Positions 35,882-48,044 of a stretch of DNA of 64,000 nt are shown one piece after another. Location: assembly GCA_964106915.2 (NCBI GenBank), contig OZ066918.1, one strand, 5' to 3'. Source of the stretch: Podarcis gaigeae (Eukaryota). The translations under genes and the position numbers were made by a program. Below the pieces are notes generated by a model, which ran no database searches, was not told the DNA's origin, and saw only the letters and a program-made list of their open reading frames with translations. Within the stretch, counting starts at the first letter, position 1, and each line of letters starts with the position of its first letter.

Positions 35882-38800
35882 CTAAGTATCACATTAGGAA
35901 AGAAGTGGGGAGGAGAAAGAGGTTAAGAATTGGTTTTGCTTCAACAAAATACCACCAGGCACATTGCCAAATCCACATAACACTTGCAAGTAGTTGTCTC
36001 CCCTGGTTTGCTTAATTATTATTATTTTTTTAAATGAGCCCACAAATATTTTAAAGCAGTCTTTGAAAATGTTAGGTACAATTTCCTGGAGGTCAAACTG
36101 GAATTAGCTAAGAATTTAGACTTTTGAACAAAAGCAACCTACAACACCAACAATCCCATTCCCTCTGCTATGGCTAAACAGATCAAGACCACAATATACT
36201 GCTTCAACATACTCCTCTTGGAGAGTTAGAGTTCTTACTACTTTCTGCAAACAGATCACAAGAGACACAGTGGCCCTGATAAACAGGGAATGGAAAGCAG
36301 GAGAACAAAAATGGGAAAGCTCCATGTTTTCAGAGTTCAGCATACATTTGATTTCAGAAACTGTATGTATGGATAGGAAATATGAAACTAGAAATAGGGA
36401 GAATGCAGATTGCATGCCCTTCCTGACTTTGGAACCACACAGCAGCTTTTAAATAACTACCCATACTAAATACAGCTTCCTCTACAGTCTTTAAACCACG
36501 TTGCATCACTAACTGGGTGGAGATAAGTTATTTCATTTGTCAAGTAATGTTTGAGGGTGTGTCCAGACAGCCGTGGCACAACGTAATTGTTATGTAGCAA
36601 GGAATGAAAAAGAAGCTTATCAAAACAATGTTTTAGCATTGTGACAATTACCAAGCTAGAGTAAATTTTCCATTTCTTGTAGCTTTTCTTTAGAGCAAGC
36701 AAGCTATTTCACAGAATACTGTTCTCTACAGAAGTGTCTCAGTTTTAATGCAAGCCAATTCCATGATCAGTATCATGTAAGAATATCAGGCTGGATCAGG
36801 CTGAAGGCCCATCTAGTCCAGCACTCTTCTCACGGTGGCCAGCCAGTTGCTCACGAGAAGCCCACAAGAGGGACTTGAACACAGGAGCTTTGCACGAAAT
36901 GGGAAATATATGGCACAGATCCGAACTGCAATGCTAAGGATTCTGGAGCCCTAGCATTGCGATTTGCTACCTAGAGCACAAAACTTCAAAATTAGGCTGT
37001 TCATCCCATTGTCCCTCACTTTCAAAGCAAAACAGCTTCTCTACTTATGCATTTTGAAAGTTTCTTGCATTTGAATTATGGCTGACATTTTCCCTGTTAT
37101 AATTAATATATATTATTATTATTATTCCAATGCTAAAGCTGTTTTGGACAGGGTAATGCCAGAGAGGGCTCCTACGCTGACACCAGTAAGTGCTGCCCCA
37201 GATATGTCTGCCACTCCCACTCCAAATTCCATTCTGTACAGCCTCAGAAAGACAGCATGAAGCTTTGTGCTCCGGCCAACATTTATTCTTGATTCCACTG
37301 TAAACAGCAAAAAAAAGTTCCACTAAACTGCCCCAAAGTATCCACTCAAAGTGATATTAAGGCCCAGTAATAAACAGGCACGTAATACTTTTCAACACTT
37401 ATTTGAAGCGGGATTAAGAAATTGGAGGGCAGCCAGCTGCAAGGCTTCTGCTACAGTGCTACACTACTGAAAGGAACCGACTGCTCTCTCATTTGACTCA
37501 GGAAGCAAAGCCTTTTAAAAGTAATGAATGCCAAAAGAAAGGGGAGGCATTACGAAAAGGAGAGGAAGTTTAAGTGCATGCATTCCCACTGGTTAACTCA
37601 GGAAGCTAAACAGTGTTACACTTAGGTCACCTGGAAGAGATTCAGAATATCAGGGAAGTTAACTATTAACATTCTTTGGCCAGTCTACTGTGTATTGTAT
37701 CAGCTCATGCAGTCCCCTGCTCCTCCTCCTGACTTTTAGTATCGTATCTGTAAGATCCAGCGTATTTGTTGGCATTTGTTCCTTTCTGGGAAAGCAGTTT
37801 ACGGGAAATCTGCTTGAACGTACAAGTCAAATACAAGCAAGAAGCAGCTTGGACTTCCCCCAGTCTTTAGTATTTCATTTCCTTTCCAACAGAAACCGCT
37901 CCTCTTTAATGTTTTCTTTCTTTCTTTTCTTTCTTTCTTTCTTTTCTCTCTCTCTCTCTCTCTCTTAAAAAAACTCTATTTGAAAATGCTGCTCAGTTTC
38001 AAGGCTAATATCCTTTTCATTGTGTGTATATGAGATTGTGAGCAGATGGCATCCAGTACATTATGACCACAATTGTAGAAACAACAGTGGGGGTGAAATC
38101 TTTCCTTAAAACACACTAAGTAAAGAAAGCTCTGCCAGTGTCTCACACTGCTCATTAGCAGCATGGCATTTTAACAGGTATATGATAAAGGAATACTGCT
38201 ACAGCTTTTCTTTTCTTCTTTTCTGAAGATGAATTGCTTTTGCCCCACCTCTCACCTTCTGCAGGAAGCAAAAGAATTGAAAAGAATCATGGGAGTGGGG
38301 TGGGGTGAGATTAAAGATGGGAGTGGTTTTGAAACAATGCAAATCAGCATGATTTTTACAGTCAGTGACTATTAAAAGGCCTCCCATTATACATGGGAGT
38401 CAACAGACAACTTTGCAGCCTGCCTGACAACTGACTGGTTATTTAGAAGGGATGCCGCATCTACTTTTGATAGTATCATTTCACAAAGAGGGAAAATGTG
38501 TGTTTAGAGTGTGAGTGAAAGTTGTGGATATGAAAAGCACATAAGGAACTTTAGAAGCAAGTCTTTTGCCTTATAATTAGTGGTGCCTTTTGTGTGTGTC
38601 TGTAGATGAGCCTGTCTGACCATGTGTAAAACTGAACTTCCTTTGCCACTGAATCCAACTTCTGTGTTTCCAGAGAGGTCTGCACTTCGAAGCAGTAGTT
38701 TTATGTAGTTTTTCAGCTGCAGGTTTGTTTAATTTTAGATGAATGCAAATCATGTCACAGAAGTGGGACTAAAGATGTAGAGAAGCTAATGCAATGCACA

Positions 38801-41800
38801 ACACCTTCAATTTAACAGCAGTTAAAGGATGTGTGTCCCCAAGTGTCTTTTGAAAATCTACATCCAACAAGCATTTCCTAATTTGAAAAATTAGAAGTAA
38901 AACTACTGCTAAGTAAACTGATTTTCTTGAAAGCAGGTGAGTTTCAGTAGTACCGCAGACAACTTACATTCTACATTTATTAATACATACATTAGTACAG
39001 GTCACAATAATGCATGAAAATCCATTTGTATGTCCACCCCCACCCCTCATTCTACAGCAATCAGATGTTAAACTCCTCAAACTCTTATTTATGTATATTA
39101 AAAGTATGACTTCTACAAAAGGTTTGTAGCCATCAGCCTTTCTGTTGGACACTGATGCACTGACAAGTTGTATAAACACATTACAAGTTACAGTAAGCCA
39201 GGCTTTGTTTTTAAAAAGACACTATACACTTAGCTGATATTAGTATGCATGCGATAAAATGGCAGCAGACACTATGGATACGATTTCGCAATAGTTTCAG
39301 ACCTGATCCTACTTATGTGAATGAAGGCTAGAACCTTCAAAGAGTGCACAACTTAGCAAAAGTAGATTTGTGATTTATTCAAAACAACTTCGGAAAACCA
39401 AGCAAGTCCCCAATGTGCTTACACTATGGCTCCATAAATGATGCACCCAGTCTACTTGTCTCTGAAAACTGAGGGTTGGGTAGCTGTCTATTGTATATAT
39501 ACAATATCTTCTTTCAAAAAGAAATATGACAGCTTCTCAAAAAATACAACAGGCTAGCATTCCAATCCCACACACGGTTTAATACCATTTAAAAAAACCC
39601 CAAAAATTGCAGATATGAAAAAATGACTCCTGAATATCCAAAGAGTCTGATTTTTAGGACATGTTATTTGCACTATTTTGAACAGAAATCTATTTTCTAC
39701 AAGCTGTTCAACCTTTTGACATAAGTAATCAAAATAGGATTCTATAACCCCTCTAAAACTGAATACCCCATTGAAAAAGACTCATTGCCATTATTCCTCC
39801 TCTCCATGACCCTATTGTAAGAACAGAATTTGCTACTTCAAGCTGTAAATAAACCTTGATGCCGTAGCCCCTTCTTATAAGAGGCTGAGGCCTTTAAAGA
39901 AGAGCAATTCATTCTTTGCCTCATGTCTTCCCTTTCTATGACTGCTACAGGTATAGACAAGTACAAAAGAAGGAATTCATGGTTGCACAGAGACAAAAGT
40001 AAATAGCATATCTGCAAGTGCCACACAGATACCAAGTAAGGAAACCCCCAGATCTTGATGTCTTTTGCAAAAAAGAAAAAAAGAAAAGAAAAAAGAGGAA
40101 TTGTAACATCTGCTCTCACCCATAAGTAGTATATGCTCACGAAGTGTTTGCACACTGGTAAACTGAAATAGCATTTTTACCCATGCCATGTGTTCTAAGA
40201 TGCATATATTACTTACCGTACCTGCAATGGTAGTTAAAGAACTGGTTCTGTGCATTCATATTTACAGAACACAATTCTCTGTATGGTTCCATAGCACGAT
40301 ACCAAAAGCACACAGATACTCTCCAAGAGGTTATTAACACTCCCAAATAGCATTTTAAAATGGAACAATATTATAATGAGAAGGTAGGGTGCATTTCCTT
40401 TCCCAAAATATGATGAACTTCTTTTATATTCTGTGTCTGAAAATAAAAAGGGCCCTTGATAATACGATTGTCATTACAGTACAGTTGCATCCAGTGCATC
40501 AGATTTACTCCTAAGAATTAACCTTCTGAGGAATCATATTTCCAGGTAGTATAGTAAGCACTATTTAAATAAGAAGTTCTACCACTGTGTCAATATATTG
40601 TTTCCTACATCAGGATGCATTTTACTTAAATTTGAACTGTCAGAAAAATGATCCTCTTTAACTACTACCAAACTTGTAGCTATATTTGGCTTGGGAATCA
40701 CTGATTGAAAACAATGCTAATTCAAACTGAGGGCCAGTGCCTCCGAATAGCCAGTGGTGGGGAACTTGTGGCCCTCTGAATGTTGTTGGAATAAAATTTC
40801 CATCAACCTTGGTCACTGACCATGATGGGAGCTCTAACTCCAACAATTTCTGGAGGAAAGCAGGTGCCCCAACCACTACAAGTAGCCATTACCCGTATTA
40901 TGAATTATTGTAATCTGCCCTCAGTGACACCAGCACAGAGGAAAAATTGACTGACTATTTGAAGATATCAATATTGCTAGGAAAGAGGAAAATGTTAATA
41001 CTGGTGTCAAAATTTCAGCCAACTGGGAATGTGCAGAGCTCACAACCGAGTGCCAACAGTGCTTGAATATCAAGTACTAAATAGCTGGACACAGGGCACT
41101 TGAATGTGTGTTGTAGGAACTTTCTGTCTGTAGAATAGTACTAAAGTGTTACAGCCTGCGTTGTAAAACAAAGAAATGAGAAAGATATGAAAATGTCAAA
41201 ATTGTTGAAGAAATGCTTTTTTTATAGCACGTTTTGAGGATTTTTGATCCCAAATCCCAGGTTTCTTGTATGTAAGGGGTCCAGCTGTATGTAGTTCACT
41301 GTGCAAATTAAAGCAATACTGTCAAACAAAAATGCTAATCAAGTGTGGATAATGAAACAGCAGGTTTAAACAAGAGAGACCATAAAATATTTGGATATGT
41401 AGAACACTTAATCTGCATAGGCTACTTAGATATTTTGTGGCCTATCCCGTAAGTTAAATGTTGATGAGCTTCACAGACTAAGCTGCCTGAAACAAGCTAA
41501 GTAGATTTTTACTTGTGTTTGTGTATATAATTTATACTATAGATTTTCATAGAATATGTAAGACTAAAACAACAACTTATGATCATGGCCAGCTTGTTTT
41601 AAAGAAAGAAGAGAGTAAAAATGGTTCAAGATAAATTCGCTGTTGCATTCCAGAATAAATCGTTGCATTATAAAGAGCTACTACACTTCTAAAGTAAGGC
41701 AGCCTTACAAAATAAAATAGTAAGCCTTTTTTAAAAAACGAAACCGTTAATGAAAGGTAAAAGCAAATTTATCATTCATATCAAAGACTTCCTCATTTTA

Positions 41801-42726
41801 TTGCATAAACAATTTCAAATTAGTACAAATTTGTGTATATATCATCAATAATTTCAACAGAAAACAAAAAGTATAAAACAAACATCTGGAGTATAAAAAT
41901 GATCATGATCAAAAAGTTGTAGTAAGAATTTCCAGTCCAATAAATGTATTTTTTCCTGAATATGTATCAATTGTACTAAGAAACGCATCATACTAAGGCA
42001 CAAATCATTTGAAGCATAAAGCTTTACTATATGTATGTCCAGTATGTTCTGAACCTTTGCAGTCAGTTGCCAATACAGAGAGTCTGTATTTTTTATGTGC
42101 TCCACATACTAAAGCTATGACTTGGCCCTAAATATGCCAAACTGTTTCTTATGATCTCACTCATACCAATTTTAAGTACTGATGAACCATTGAAAATCAA
42201 ATTCTTCATTAAGTGGATGAACCCCCTAAAATTTCACCAACAAGGAGTAAAATATTTAGCTGGAGCTGAAGTTAAGCGTGAAGAGCTGCAAAAAACTCAC
42301 AATATTAATTTATTCAGCATGTGCATACAAGTATATATACTGCATTAATTGGTTGGGGAGTTGAATATTAAAGGTAAGTGACCACTGTGAGAATCAGTAC
42401 TGAGACATTTGCAATGAAAGCCTAACTATTGCATGTAATACCTGAATGCTTAAGACTCGGCAAAATGACAATAATGGGAATGAATTACCAACAGGTTTTT
42501 AATTAATGCTCTTCTAAAGGCATAACACACACACCATCCATAAGAATATATCTGATAGGAAATTCAATAGTCTTTTAAGGTTAGTAAACTGAATTTAAAA
42601 GTGAACCAGATTGCAAAATAAGCATGTGACTACTCAAGTCAAGTGGTAAATAATTATTAGAAAAAGAAATTGCTTTAATAGCAAATTATATACTCAATTC
42701 TACAATGGATACAACATTATAAATTA

Positions 42727-43349
42727 CCGTATTTTTCGCCCTATAGGACGCACTTTTCCCCCTCCAAAAATGAAGGGGAAATGTGTGTGCATCCTATGGG
42801 GCGAATGCAGGCTTTCAGGAAGCTACCCACAAGTCTTGCAAGCCCGGCGGGAGGTCCCACGGGCTCGCAAGGCTTGCGGGCAGCAGCCTGCAGCCCAAAA
42901 GCTCGGGGGACAGCGGAGAGGCGCAGCGCCGCCCCCCCGCTATTCCTCGACCGGGTCTGGAGGCTGGCGGGGGGGTGGGAGAAGCAAGCTTGCTTCTCCT
43001 CCCCGCCAGCTCCACAAGCTCGGGGGATAGCGGGGAGGTGGAGCGCCGCCCCCCCAGTATTCCCTGACCTGATCTGGAGGCTGGCGGGGGGGGGGGAGAA
43101 GCAAGCTTGCTTCTCCCCCCCGCCAGCCCCACAAACTCGGGGGACAGCGGGACAAGCCGCTGCCCCACGGAGGCTAGAGAAGCTGTCCCTGAAGGCAGAA
43201 GAGGGAGACGGAGCGCTCCGTCTCCCTCTTCTAGCTTGGGGATGGCTGCGCAAACCTGGGGGGGGAATAAATTTTTTTCCCTTGATTTCCCCCCCAAAAT
43301 ACTAGGTGCGTCCTATGGGCCGGTGCGTCCTATAGGGCGAAAAATACGG
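42727..43349. mobile_element. Tc2-group (CCGTA-ended) Tc1/mariner non-autonomous element, young
   Basis: Perfect 27-bp TIR CCGTATTTTTCGCCCTATAGGACGCAC at both ends, TA flanks; GC-rich core with an about 115-bp tandem duplication and hairpins. Confidence 0.92.
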
Positions 43350-46246
43350 TATATGTGGACAGTTCTGCCAAAGCTTAACTGTATATGTTTGTCAATGCAT
43401 ATTCCATCAATCAACTCATCCTTTATTTTTAATTGGGTCAAAATAAATATGTTTAAATACAGAATGATTATAAACCTATAATAATGTCAGTTAAGAATGC
43501 TTTGAGTATATCTGATATAAATCCGAATATTTAAAACTACATACCCATGTACCATAAAGTGCAGTCAAATACTTTATCAGTGTACAATGGAGCAAACTCA
43601 CTTGCATGGATGTTTCTGCAACTATTAAAAAAGCTACCTATTATGTACAGATTTTTGATTTTCCCTAATGTATCTTAGTGTCAGAGGAACATTCACTTTG
43701 TGAATTTGCTCCCCACCTGCCTGTTGACCCCGAAGCAATCAGCTGCTACTTGCTATAATCTGCAACACACATGCACATTTATTTTAAAAACTGGAATTCT
43801 AGGCAAGTTTTTCTACTAACAACCAGATTTGTACTAAGAGAAGTGGGAAATGAGCAAAACAGTAAAAATAATAATAAAACTAGCAAAATTAACGATATCA
43901 CAAGATATGACTAGGGTGAACAAAAATGTTCATCTTCTGTAGCATAGATGGTTTAATACTGAACAAAACAGACTTGAACTATGACAAGTTTCTCAGAAGA
44001 AAATAGAATACACTATGAGAACTAAGAAAGTGCAAGAGATCTCCCCATGGTATAATAAAAAGGGAAATCTTTATACACACGAGCCCAAGGTCTTCCATGA
44101 GGTCTGCAATCAAGAGGCAGAGCAAATCTCTGGTTCCTTACAACTTCTAGATCAGCCCTCCATTGTCCACATTCTGAATTCTTTAAAAAAAACACTACAC
44201 TACTGGAAATTAACCAGCTGACCCAACACATTTTTTTTCTGCTATGCATATCAGTCCCAACTTCAATCAACATAACCTTGCCAGTCCATAACTTCACAGC
44301 TTGGAGATAAAAAGAAGCTGAGTATGGTAATGTGAAATTTATTTTTAACTATATTCCACTAAGAATAAATAACAGGTTCAGACTTACCTAAAAGGTTTGA
44401 GAGTTCAGGAACAATCTCATATTGGGAATGAAGGCAATTTAATGTGTTTAAAACAGAAAAACTATGATGTTGTTAAAAAATACTATTTTTAAAAAAAATG
44501 TTAGACGTTCATAGGGAAGTACCCTACAAGTACTTACAAAACAGAAGGGCATGGAGTCCAAACAAATCCTGAATATTTTACTTAATTTCCAAACATACAA
44601 CATATTTAAGAACAACAGCTACTAGAAAAGTCTCTGGGGAGGTTAACAGGCACATCTAGAAAATGCACCTGCATTTGACCAATCTTGTATTTAATGATGA
44701 TGGTTTTGAATAAAATATGGGTATTGTGCAATGCTCCAAATGGAAAGGAAAAGGTTGCCTGATTTTAGTAACTGAACTGATCTATTCAATAGGAAGCTTT
44801 AACAGGAAATTAGCTGTACTGTCCCAAGAGTTCAGAAGTGGATTGCCATAGATATGTTGTTTCTGAGAAGAAATACAATTACCTCATGTTACCATTTACT
44901 AACCGAAGTTATTTGTACAATCTCGGCGTGTACCACCAGTCATTGATCACGACCAATATCTAATTTTAGAACTCCTAGCCTGTATCAGCAAAGGTGCATG
45001 TATTCTTAACTTTAAAATCTTACTTAAGCAAAGTCCTTTCTGAATTATGGTTGGCAAAAGTAGGGAAAAAAAACCTTTAATCTAGTAATATAATTTTATG
45101 GCATCAGCGTCATAGCTTTAGAATAAGCAAAGCAATACTTAAAATCCAAGTTAAATATAGAATATGAAGACCCAAATTGCAGATATTCTCCACATACCCA
45201 CATGAAGCACAACGTGGCCCTACAGAGTCCTGGTACTTCTCCGAAAAACTAGAGGGGCAGAGATGTCTGATTTTAATTTTTTTTAAAAAAAAAAATCTGA
45301 CATCTAAAGATTGCATTCCATGGTACAGTAAGCCAGCAACTTGTGCACATCCAGCTTTATGTGTTTGGCCCCAAAAACCCCACAAAACCTTTTTTAAAAA
45401 TGGAAAGGATGTCCTGGGGAAAAGACTTTGGCAATCCCACCCGCACTTGAACCCAGTGTGTTTTGCCTTTATGTGATTTGGCTTCAGGTGTGATCCTTGG
45501 AGCGTAACCCCTGGGTTAAGTTGCGGGTTTACTATATGTATTCTTTAATGTGCTACTACCCAACTAGTATAAATTCTTCCTCATTTAACCATTTCAGGCA
45601 CATAGAGCATATCACTACAGGTATAATAAACTACTAGTGAAAGTGAATCTTGTATGCGGAAAGACTCAGAACAAAAAGCAAACTAATTGGCAGCCCGAAG
45701 GCAATCACTCCATTATGCTGAGCTGCACACTGATAAAAATCAGCCTAATAAGAATTTGGTCAGGAGGATTATGAAAGTGGTTTTTTAAAGTATGATAGGA
45801 AATCCACAGTGAAAACACAATTATCACAGGGTACACAAACCAGATGTGCCTGGTTCTCCACCACCACCACAGAAAATCTGGTGAAGTTCATATATTGCAC
45901 AATCTTCCCTTTCACACAGGCATAATTAGGAAATTATAATGGAAAGATACACAAGCCTGTTTAATTAACTCAAGATATAATCCTTTGAGACACAGCCCTA
46001 ACAGTATTTTAGTTTATTTCCTGTACAAGGTTTGCTTTCCTGCTTTGCAACTTAAATACATTCTTCAATGTCTATCAGGAGACCTGAGAAAACCAGGTTT
46101 GCCAACTCTCTTACCGCCATAATATAGTCTTTCAATACCACTTGTATATTCATAGTCTAACAATAATAAGATCATTTCCTTGAAGTAGTACCATCTTCAA
46201 ATAAAAGCTCAAGCAAACCTTTCATATTGATTCAGTTAAGTTACAG

Positions 46247-46368
46247 CAGGGGTGGGGAACCTGTGGCCCTCCAGATGCTGTTCCACTCTATCTCCCATGG
46301 CCAATAGTCATGCATGATGTGATTTGTAGTCCAACAGCATATGGAGGACCACAGGTTCCCTATCCCTG
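46247..46368. mobile_element. Short hAT-type MITE; similar degenerate copies near 1780-1880, 22090-22220, 40750-40875, 58840-58960 and 63967-64000
   Basis: CAGGGGTGGGGAACCTGTGGCCCTCCAGATG ... GGAGGACCACAGGTTCCCTATCCCTG inverted ends. Confidence 0.7.
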
Positions 46369-46820
46369 TCTTATAGGCTTGTTTCTGGAGAGTAATGAGT
46401 TAAAATTCTAACAAAGCACCAACAAAGCAGCACAAAATATACCAATGGCCTTTCAAGACATTTACTGCTCATCAGCAGCAATGCTTTGTAGAGGGTTTGT
46501 TATTTGCAAAGTGTACCTAAGTTCAAATACAGTGATGCAGTGACCTTCACCACAGATGGTTTAAACAATTGCTGGGTGATAAAAAATGTACAATGCATTA
46601 GAAAAATTATAATGGCTAGTCTGCACCACTGACATCTACACTTCAAAGTAGCAACTAATTTATGATGGCTTGAGAAAAATTGGGATAAGGATTTTAAAAA
46701 AGGACATGAATTTGAAATCCAATCACTAGAATGAACCAGGTCAGAAACAATCTACATTATCTTTTCTCTTTCAAAACCAGATTCCCGAAAGCATAAATTA
46801 ACGTATTATCAACCAAAATA

Positions 46821-48044
46821 TTAATGGCTTGTGTGTGTGTCTTCTGTTTTATCTTCCTGGGTGAGATTCTTAAGATTATTCTGAAAATCAAGAGTGAAAT
46901 TCTCTCTAGTAGCCTCAGCAAAGGGGTTGTTGAAAAAGAGGTTTATGTCTAATGGGGCTGCAGTTTCTGAATCCCATGAGTCATCAGTGCTACTAGAGTC
47001 TTCTGTAGTGGTAGGTGGATAGCTCAGCTGTTCCAACTGGTCAATAATGTCAGTGAACTGAAAAGCTGAACTTGACTCAGAGCGAACTGAATATGCTGGA
47101 AAATTCACCATTGAACTAGCTTCAGAGTGATTAGCAGAGCTATAAGTGTGCAAAAATGGCATACCATTTAATGTCAAATTGTTGAGAGAACTACTTTCAG
47201 AACGGTTGTTAATTAATGAACTAGTTTCAGAAGGACTCAGAAGACTTTGCATTCTGCTTGCCTGAGCTTTAACTTCAAACAATTCCGAGGTATCAGATGG
47301 CTGTTCATTCCCATTAAAATCACTCTCTCCTTCAAATTCAAACTCATGGTCCATGTTCATATCTACTGCTTCTATGGAGCACCTATCAGGACTTGACTGA
47401 GAAGACATCATATTTCTTTGCAGAATTTCTTTAGTTAAAGCAGGTGACTCTGAGAGACAATTAGTTAGATCTGACTCCTGCAAATCTAAACCATCATACA
47501 AATAGGAAAATGCTTCAGAACCTCCAGCAAAAAAGGACATTTCTGCTGGATCATCATCAATGAACTCTTCTGAAACCTGAAGCTGGGAGCTAACTAGTTT
47601 TACAAGTGAGGCACCCCTACCTTGAGGCAGATGCTGTTTAGCAGCAATGGCCATACCTGTGGTAAAGTCATCCACATAATTGTCATTTTTACAAGTAATC
47701 CTACCTTCTACTGCTTCACCTAAACCACAGCTACTCTCAACATTAGTACAAGTGGGAGTGCAGTTTTCTGCAACATTACAAAGCCCAACACCTTGGAATG
47801 ACTGGAGTACTGGTGATCCAGGCTGCTGTATCACTTTCTTCCCAGTTTCTTCTGATGTCCCACTATTTGCTTCTGCGGCCAAGCTCCTTGTATGGGATAT
47901 TCTGGGCTCCAAAAATAAAGGCTTGCTCTCTGTGAAAGTGGGCAAGCTGGCAATGTTTGTGGCTAACGCATTATCCGAATGAAAGGAGGCATATGTACAT
48001 GCATTAGGCCCAGAGGTTCTTAATCCATCTGTAAATGAGGCACT
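46821..48044 (-). CDS. FARP2: FARP2 exon 13 extended as alternative terminal exon (407 aa + stop; acidic Ser-rich tail)
   Basis: Frame stays open 971 nt beyond the 47792 donor to TAA at 46821 (419-aa ORF of the track minus its intronic first 12 codons). Confidence 0.75.
   Translation of the reverse strand, partial: SASFTDGLRTSGPNACTYASFHSDNALATNIASLPTFTESKPLFLEPRISHTRSLAAEANSGTSEETGKKVIQQPGSPVLQSFQGVGLCNVAENCTPTCTNVESSCGLGEAVEGRITCKNDNYVDDFTTGMAIAAKQHLPQGRGASLVKLVSSQLQVSEEFIDDDPAEMSFFAGGSEAFSYLYDGLDLQESDLTNCLSESPALTKEILQRNMMSSQSSPDRCSIEAVDMNMDHEFEFEGESDFNGNEQPSDTSELFEVKAQASRMQSLLSPSETSSLINNRSESSSLNNLTLNGMPFLHTYSSANHSEASSMVNFPAYSVRSESSSAFQFTDIIDQLEQLSYPPTTTEDSSSTDDSWDSETAAPLDINLFFNNPFAEATRENFTLDFQNNLKNLTQEDKTEDTHTSH
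47792..48044 (-). CDS. FARP2: FARP2 exon 13, canonical spliced form (253 nt, weak donor)
   Basis: cctcag|AGT GCC TCA TTT ACA GAT GGA TTA AGA ... TTC CAA G|gtgttg; phase-1 exit matches exon 14; SASFTDGLRT...QPGSPVLQSFQ. Confidence 0.8.

Noticed and set aside
37659-37775. ATG-initiated 38-codon frame on the - strand in FARP2 intron 13 (MPTNTLDLTDTILKVRRRSRG...)
   Set aside because: It hits TAA before any donor, so it cannot join exon 14; too short to support alone
42741-43481. Seven overlapping ORFs up to 174 aa
   Set aside because: Inside the Tc2-type MITE core; repetitive GC-rich artefacts with no DDE or HTH motifs
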